From Priapulus caudatus (taxonomy: Eukaryota), in contig NW_014577061.1 of NCBI RefSeq assembly GCF_000485595.1, positions 941,633-982,738 of the forward strand: a stretch of 41,106 bases of DNA. The letters run 5' to 3'. This document shows positions 32,895-41,106 of this stretch, piece after piece. Numbering within the stretch: the first letter of the stretch is position 1; the number at the start of each line of letters is the position of its first letter. Made by a program: the position numbers and the translations under genes. The notes beneath the pieces are model-generated. The model was not told the origin of the DNA. It was given only the letters and a program-made list of their open reading frames with translations, and did no database searches.

Positions 32895-34934
32895 CTGTGT
32901 GGGTACAGGTTGTGTATGTGCAACCTGTGTTGGTGCAAGTTGTATATATGTGCAGGCTGTGTGGGTGCAGGTTGTATATGTGCAGGCTGTGTGGGTGCAG
33001 GTTGTATATGTGCAGGCTGTGTTAGTGCAGGTTGTATATGTGCAGGCTGTGTGGGTGCAGGTTGTATATGTGCAGGCTGTGTTAGTGAGGTTGTACTATG
33101 TGCAGGACTTATGTTATTGTGCAGGTTGCTTATATGTTGAGGCTTGTTAGTGCGGTTGTATATGTTGGGATAGTGTGGGTGCAGGTTGTATCATGTGCTA
33201 GGCGTGTGTTAGTGCATGGTTGTATATGTCGCAGGTGTGTGGGTGCAGGTTGTATATGTGCGGCCTATGTTAGTGCAGGTTGTATATGTGCAGGCTGTGT
33301 GGTTGCAGGTGTATATGTGCAGGCTGTGTTAGTGCGAGGTTCGGTATTAGTGCAGGATTGTGGTTAGTGCGCTTGTATCTGTGCAGGCTATGTTAGTGCA
33401 GGTTGTAATGTTGCAGGTGTTTGCGGTGAGGGTTGTATACTGTGCAGGATGTGTGGTGCAGGTTGTATATGTGAGGCTGTGTTATGTGCAGGTTGTATAT
33501 GGTGCAGGCTGTATATGGTCCCGCACCGCAGGCCTGTGTTAGTGCAGGTTGTTATGTTGAGGGCTGTGTGGGGAAGGGTTTGTATATGTGCAGGCTGTGT
33601 TAGTGGCAGGTTGTATATGGTGCGGCTATGTTCGCTCGCGGTTGTATATGTGCATGGCTTGTGTTGGCTGTGCAGGTTGATTTATGTGCAGGCTGTGTTA
33701 GTGCAGGTTGCTATATGTGAAGGCTGTGTTGTGCAGGTTTTGATTATGTGGCAGGCTGTGTGGCGTGCAGCGTTGTATATGTGCAGGCCTATGTTAGTGC
33801 GCGTCTGTATATGTGGCAGGCTGTTGGTGGGTGCAGGTTGTTTGTGCAGCTGTGTTTAGTCAGGTTGTATTGTTGCAGGCTGTGTTAGTGGAGCGTTGTA
33901 TGTGCAGCGCTGTGTGCTGTGCAGCTTGCTTGTATATGTGCAGGGCACTGTGTTAGTGCAGGGTTGTATACTGTGCAGGGCTGTTGTGGCGTCAGGTTGG
34001 TATATGTGCAGCTTGTGTTAGTGAAGTTGGGTATATGTTGCAGGCTGTGTGGTGCGGCTTTGTATATGTGCAGGCTGTGTTAGTGCAGGTTGTATACTCG
34101 TCGCGCGCTCGCTCGCTGGAGTGCAGGTTGTATATGTGCAGGCTGTGTAGTGCAGAGTCTCGATATATGTGCAGGCTGTGTGCGTGCCAGCGTTGTCTAT
34201 ATTGTGGCGTGTGTTAGTGCAGGTTGGATATGTTGCGGCTGTGTGGCGTGCTAGGTTTGCTTATATGTGCAGGCTGTGGGGTGCATTTGTTGTATATGTG
34301 CAGGCCTGTGATTAGTGCAGCGTGTAATATTGATGGCTGTGTGGGTGCGCAGGTGTATTGCTGCAGGCTCGTTTGTTAGTGCAGGGTTGTATCTGTTGCA
34401 GGCTGCTCTATGTGCAGGCTGTGCTTAGTGCAGGTCGCTCTCTCGCTCGCAGGTTTATATGTGCAGGCTGTTGTTTAGTGGGTTGTATATGTTCGCGCTA
34501 TGTTAGGTGAGTTGATATATGCGGCAGGCTGTGTTAGTGCGGTTGTATATTGTTGCAGGCGTATGTTTAGTGCAGGGTTTGTCATATGTGCGGTTGTATT
34601 ATGTGCAAGGCTGTGATAGTGCAGGTTGTATATGTGCCAGGCTGTGTGAGGTGCAGTTGTATTATGTGCAGGCTGTGGTTAGTGCAGGTCTCGCTATATG
34701 TGCAGGTTGTATATGTGCAGCTGTGCTTAGTGCAGTTGTATATATGTGCAGGCTGTGTGGGTGCAGGTTGTATATGTGTAGGGCTTGTTTTAGTGCGGTT
34801 GTATATGTGCAGCTGTGTGCGGTTGCAGGTTGTATATGTGCAGGCTGTGTCGGTGCAGTTGTAGTATGTGCAGGCTGTGTGGGTGAGGTTGTATATGTGC
34901 AGGCTGTGTTAGTGCAGGTTGTATATGTGCAGGC
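32895..34934. repeat. 30-bp minisatellite (GTGCAGGTTGTATAT-GTGCAGGCTGTGTTA/GG)n, 2 x 15-bp subunits
   Basis: Clean units at ~32945-33090 and ~34870-34934; indel-riddled units in between. Confidence 0.95.
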
Positions 34935-37900
34935 AGACGAACAACATCTATGCGCGCAGCGGGGTAGCGGGTGCCGTATAGGCTTCTAATTGATTAGCAC
35001 GTGAAGCCGAAACTATGCAAGCGTCGGCGAGGCCTCGTCCGTCCGTGGACGGCGGCGGGTGCCACGTACGCCACGCTTTTTCCACATGAATGTCTCTTTG
35101 TCAGTCTGCGCTTGTTTATGAGTGCCTGCGATGTGCAAACTCGTGCCAGCCACGTGGTTTACCAGATTTTGCCCGTAAATCTTACGCGTATATGTTCGTC
35201 AATGACATTAATGTCTAGGGAAAATGGCTGTGGATGGAAGGTAACCGATGGAGCGTTTGCATATGGAGCAGGGTGGCGGTAGCAAGTCAGGCAGGAAACC
35301 ATTTGAATAGTGGTAGCGTAGCGATATCGGCAGGTAGCGTAGAACGAGTAAATTGTATACCACAACCCTCTATATATCCCAATCATATTGGTCACGTTCA
35401 CACTGCTGAAGGAAACGCATGGTCTTATATCCGAAGCACTGACATATTGGTGTTGTTTAGGCCGCATGCGTTTTGATGCGGAGCGGCTTTGTGGTAATAT
35501 GAAATCAATACATCAGGAAATTTACATGTACTTCTTTGGTGTGATTTATGATCGGTCGCCCCGGATTCTTTTCCACACGCGAGAGATTTCCCCGCATTCG
35601 CACCGCGCTACATTAGCAATTCATTTGCGTTTACATTTTATCCGCTAAGAAGTGCATTGAAGCTTTTCTGCATTCGCGTGCAATTCCGTTGCTTGTTATA
35701 GCACCACGCGTATTCTTAGGGCCAAAATTATATATTCAGTGCGGCGCTCTAGCGTTATTATAACAAGCCATGGATGGACATGGCCACGTATCGTACAATG
35801 TGCATAAATAACTAATTACTTTTAGATGAATTATCGTAGTTCGAGGCTTGTACGACGCTATTTGTGACTGCAAATATTTTCAGAAATTCTTGCGTTCTAT
35901 AAGTTTTTGTGGCTACGTTACGGTATATTAATTATACATCTCAGCTGGATATACCAGTCCTGATATTGTGGCGGCCCCGGGCTTAAAATAGAAGTGTAAA
36001 AACAGAAAGTTGGTAGTTGGGAGAGATATTATGCATTCGAACGTTTTGAGATGATTATCTTCTTCTAAATTTTGTGTTGTTATTTGGTTAAATTTATGCG
36101 CCTAATGCATTGGAACGTCTGATAAGCGGCGAAATACGGAGGTTGCTTGCGCAAATAGATAAAAATACTAAAAGGTTTCGTCTCTCTGTGGGACGCATAA
36201 ATTACTCGGTCTCTTTCTAACAAATATGTCATTCTAATTCGATGCTGGATTATAGTAATTGAGCCGCCGATGAGACGCGTAAATGCATCTAGCAAAGGAA
36301 GATGACGGTGCGTGTAGAGTTTTCTGTCTGCTCCAGGGAAAACCGAGTCCAATATCCGCTCGCCGCTCGCAAGAAAAATATAACGGATACTTACAACGCA
36401 CGCTCATGCGTATGTGCGTGTGCACGCGCGCACACATATACTGTTATTACTGGTCGAACCCAACTCAACAAGTTAGGTAAATATATGGAAATGCTATCGC
36501 GGATGTTTAATGCATTTTCCTCAATGGGAATATTTATGGGGCAAGTAATTGATTTGAGCTATTGCTATAAATACGGGTTGTCCAAAATTGTCTGGCATTT
36601 GGACCACAAGTCACCCAGTCGTGATATTATTAGAGTATAAGATTAGAAGTAGAGCAAGTCATCAGAGCAATACAAAACGTTCTAGATTCACGAAAGCAGA
36701 ACAATTATTCGTAGTGTTAAAGCTGCATTATATAAGCCCACCATAAAAAGCAGTCAAGCGTTCTAACATACAGTATTGAAATAAGCAGCATCTCTCCCAG
36801 TCCGGGACTGGTAACATTCGAGCAGGACAGGCTAATGTTTATGGATATACTATAGATTATATAGTAGAATTCAAAATTTTCGAAATGGCTGGAATCGACT
36901 TCCAGATATCCAGATGCATTTCCAAGACTGACATATACCATACAATTTCTGAATTTCCGCCTAAAGTAGCGTCGCGTTTATCAAAACATGTCTAATTTAT
37001 AGAGATTAGAACAACTTTGTTCGTTTCTTCAACATTTACTTAAATACGCGCGCAGAAACGCACGCAGACGGCACAGCAACATCATCCCCGGGATTCGGGG
37101 ATTATTGTAATATATTATAACAATAATGTAACAATAATGTAACGATCGAAGCAACACATGACCGCGCAATTACCCTCATATATAGTAAACTAATATTTAA
37201 AGAATAAAAACATCGCAATCTAACTTTGTCGCTCATAAATATTAGCACAATGATGAGAGTTTCGGATGAATTACGTACTATCCTGTATGACCTAACGACG
37301 CACAGATTTTACGCAGATGATTCGACTCGCTGCGTAAATATTATTCCACATGTCATCCGATCGTGCACATTTTTGAAATGTAAACATTGCGAAACGGTAA
37401 GAACCAAGTTTGATCAAGGCAGTGTTTTGTTGAGTCTAACTGACCAAAATATGTATATATGCACGAAACGCTTACATAAAATCAGGAGTAGATAATAGTT
37501 CTCTATTATCTACTCCTGATAAAACCCTACTCTGCTTGGATGCGTTGGTGGATGTCGTGGTGGGAGGGGAAATGCAGCTTTAAGAGCGCATCTATTTTCG
37601 GCGCACCCCGTATTACTCGGCTGTAGTATTATCGACTGTCGGCTTTCTGTGCGTATGAAGTAGCTAGTAGCTAACTGCTTCGTGACATCTCTCAGATTCG
37701 CGCTCTCGCGGCGCCTCGGTGGCGCGGTCACGTAGCGCGTATGCACGCTCGCGCATCTGCACACGCGTGCGTGTGTCGGGAATTATGCGTGGCCTCGGTG
37801 CCGTAACAGAACACAGCGGGATAGTGTCAATTAATGCCGCGAGTTAATGACATCGTAGGCACGGCCAGACTTGCTGCCGGCGAAGCCAAGAAACGACGAA

Positions 37901-38332
37901 GGTTGAATCTGAAATGAGGTGCCGTCCCGTTGAGTCGCAGTGCTTATGCCGCTTTCTGGTTTTATTGCTCTGCGTAAAATCCTTGTCTTTATTTCCTTTC
38001 TGCCGGTTGTCGATTAGTAGTTTAGCTGATTGAACTGCTGGATGTCTTTCGTTGTTATTTTATTGCTAGCGGACGCGGCGTGGGGAGTGAACAACAGATC
38101 TCATCTCTCTTGCAAATCGCCCGTCTTTTTTACTTACCGAAAGTAGTTGGGTGTAGTTGTCGAGACTATAGCCTTTGCCGGAAAAATACCAAATGCCCCA
38201 TAGTCATTAGCGCTAGTGTCGCTGTCAACACTAGAGGTAACGAGTTGATGCGGACGACCAAGGGATCGTGCGTGTATACGTTGAAAAGACACTCGACAAG
38301 CGTGACCTCACTGGCCGTTTTACACGCGCATA

Positions 38333-38376
<44 letters not shown>

Positions 38377-38377
38377 G

Positions 38378-38424
<47 letters not shown>

Positions 38425-38446
38425 GGTGTTGTGCGTGCGTGCGTGT
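38333..38446. repeat. (GCGT)n microsatellite
   Basis: Directly visible. Confidence 0.97.
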
Positions 38447-38578
38447 AGTCAATGAGGGAGGCCTGAACTACTTGTGCGGACGAGATTGGTTGTGCTGCGT
38501 ATAAAATGCACTCGAGATAGAGACCAGAAGCGATTGTCTGGGAAATGAGTAGCCGTAGCCAGCAGCTAACCCTGATGG

Positions 38579-38626
38579 CACACACACACANNNNNNNNNN
38601 ACAACACACACACACACAACAACAAC

Positions 38627-38707
<81 letters not shown>

Positions 38708-38720
38708 CACGCACGCACGC
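38579..38720. repeat. (CA)n microsatellite containing a 10-N gap (38591-38600)
   Basis: Directly visible. Confidence 0.97.
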
Positions 38721-39109
38721 GCGGAGATAGAGACAGATTGAAGCTCTGCACGGCAGTGCTGTAACGGCCCAGCTAATGCTCGTGATCACCGCGACACGAG
38801 CGTTATGTGCGCGAGACGCCGGAGCAGGAAGATGACTTGCTGTCTGTGTACGTGTACGTACGTATATACGGCGCGCTGTTCGCTCGTAATGACACAGGCT
38901 ACAAAATCAGGAGCAAATCGTTCGGCGGTGATTCGACGATGATTTGGTGATCATTCGCTGTATACAGAGAGCAAGTCGTGGCGTATTGTTGGGTGCATGA
39001 GGGGGGGGGGTATTGACGTAGCGAGTGGGGGGATGCATAGGCGGTGTGTGAGGTTGTTACATAAGAAGATGTGCGGCCATGACAATTGAGCGTATTAGTG
39101 AGAGTGTGT

Positions 39110-39110
39110 G

Positions 39111-39178
<68 letters not shown>

Positions 39179-39202
39179 TTCGTGCGTGCGTACGTGCGTG
39201 CG
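39110..39202. repeat. (GCGT)n microsatellite
   Basis: Directly visible. Confidence 0.97.
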
Positions 39203-39483
39203 TAAGTGCATGTGGGATGACGAGCTCATTGTTTGTCCGGTTTCAGCCTAAAACTTTGGTCCTCCTGTCCCCTTGCCCCGATAGCTGCCAAGGGTCATCG
39301 CGCTTGCCATTAACCGTCATCAGCTAATGGATAGTATTAACTTGCTGTGCACGTAGGCATGTGAAGGCGAAACCGATGTAGTTTTGAAGTGATAAAGAGT
39401 AATCTATTGGGTTCGGGAGGCAATTGTGACTAAACATCAATGTCCAGCATGCAGCCATGCATGGCATCATGATAAGACTCCGG

Positions 39484-39646
39484 CTACTACTGCTGCTGCG
39501 GCTGCTACTGCTGCTGCTGCTGCTGCTGTTGTTGTTGTTGTTGTTGTTGTTGTTGCTGTTGCTGCTGCTGCTGCTGCTGCTTCTGCTTCTACTGCTACTG
39601 CTGCTGCTGCTGCTACTGCTATTGCTGCTGCTGTTACTGTTGCTGC

Positions 39647-39734
<88 letters not shown>

Positions 39735-39767
39735 ACTGCTGCTATTGCTGCTGCTGCTACTGCTACT
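39484..39767. repeat. Compound (CTG)n/(TTG)n/(CTA)n trinucleotide repeat
   Basis: Directly visible; explains the poly-L, poly-S/N and poly-A/V ORFs. Confidence 0.97.
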
Positions 39768-40110
39768 GTGGAAGCCGCTGCTGCGACTAATGTTGATTTC
39801 TTCACTCTGTTTCGTCTGTGGCGTAGTAGATAGGCATGACGACACCAAGTCACGGGCTGTTACAAGCTGCAACAAAGCAGCTTATGCGATTACACGCCTA
39901 ACAAATTGCGAGCCTCAAGTCAAAATGGCAGATGTGGTAATTCAAGAGACACGGGACAGTAAAGAGAAATAGGGAGTGAGTGCGCGAGAGATTGAGGGCA
40001 TTGGTGGAGGGAAGGAGAGGGAAATGGTGGCGGGAATAGGAGAGGAGGTGCGAGAGAGATTGAGGGGGAGTGGTAGAAGAACGGGGGAGAGAGACGGGCA
40101 GATAAAAAGA

Positions 40111-40167
<57 letters not shown>

Positions 40168-40402
40168 GAACGTTTACATCGATGAGAGGTATATCTTCTA
40201 AACTCCATCTGCATGTATACGCGTGCGTGCGCATGCGTCCTTTACGGAGCAGGGATTGTCCGCATGTCCTGCATCCACGTTACTCTCGATGGCAGATTGT
40301 GAAGCGAGGCGAGGGGAGCAGCATTAGGAACACGCTGTGGTGTGATGCAGTATATATATATATATTATACGCTCATTACCTTCTTTATACGCTCTTGATA
40401 TA

Positions 40403-40435
<33 letters not shown>

Positions 40436-40511
40436 AGCATTGCTTCGAGTACTATTGAGCATTCCACTCCGCACCGCCTGTGTAGGACTCGTCCGCGGAT
40501 CGTGTGGCATG

Positions 40512-40614
40512 CATGCAGTCTTAGCTCTCACATGCAGTCTTAGCTCTCACATGCAGTCTTAGCTCTCACATGCAGTCTTAGCTCTCACATGCAGTCTTAG
40601 CTCTCACATGCAGT
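40512..40614. repeat. 19-bp tandem repeat (CATGCAGTCTTAGCTCTCA) x5 plus a partial unit
   Basis: Five identical units starting at 40512. Confidence 0.97.
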
Positions 40615-40841
40615 TAGAGCACTCACTGCTCTCACGTCACGGCAAGGCACGGCCGGTAAACCGCTATCAGTAAACGAATCGCAGTATTAGCCGGGAGAAA
40701 CGCGGTCGTCATCAGCGCGGTGTCCGTGCTAACACGTCAGTTGCACTAGGCCGATAATGCCGACGTTCCGTCACATTAGGAAGGCTTGTAAGAAAGCGCA
40801 ATTAGTGGGTCGAGAGCGAGAGCGAGACAGAGAGAGAGAGA

Positions 40842-41105
<264 letters not shown>

Positions 41106-41106
41106 A

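Noticed and set aside
32812..34989. Metallothionein- or keratin-associated-like Cys-rich proteins
   Set aside because: Direct translation of the 30-bp minisatellite, with no splice or start context.
35219..35476. GKWLWMEGNRWS as a C-type lectin fragment
   Set aside because: The resemblance is limited to a few residues; there is no WND/Cys pattern or supporting exon structure.
39324..39972. Long poly-Leu, poly-Ser/Asn and poly-Ala/Val ORFs
   Set aside because: Open only because trinucleotide repeats lack stops; the flanks are not protein-like.

Overview
Repeat-rich animal genomic DNA with introns, most consistent with a marine invertebrate (lophotrochozoan-like). It comes from a draft assembly with three N gaps and several stretches that look like unpolished long-read fill. 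Almost all ORFs in the supplied track are spurious; the real genes are spliced. (1) The first coding exon of HSBP1 (heat shock factor-binding protein 1) is on the minus strand at 625-717. (2) Head-to-head with it, three in-frame plus-strand exons (8956-9007, 9892-10033, 18645-18769) encode the C2 domain of a WWP1/ITCH/Su(dx)-type NEDD4-family HECT E3 ligase. A compact CRE + GTCACGTGAC cassette at 751-772 probably serves both genes. (3) The last two coding exons of an unidentified single-pass membrane protein are on the minus strand (30352-30615, 29601-29629). The region upstream of and between the ligase exons holds nested transposons: three PIF/Harbinger-type elements with TIRs and target-site duplications, three copies of a GGCC-ended TIR family, two Helentron-type elements, a tRNA-derived SINE and a truncated CR1/L2-type LINE. 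The right half is dominated by micro- and minisatellites. I cannot demonstrate a new biological system. The best lead is the HSBP1/WWP divergent pair with its shared stress-type promoter motifs and possible uORF control; this is a hypothesis.
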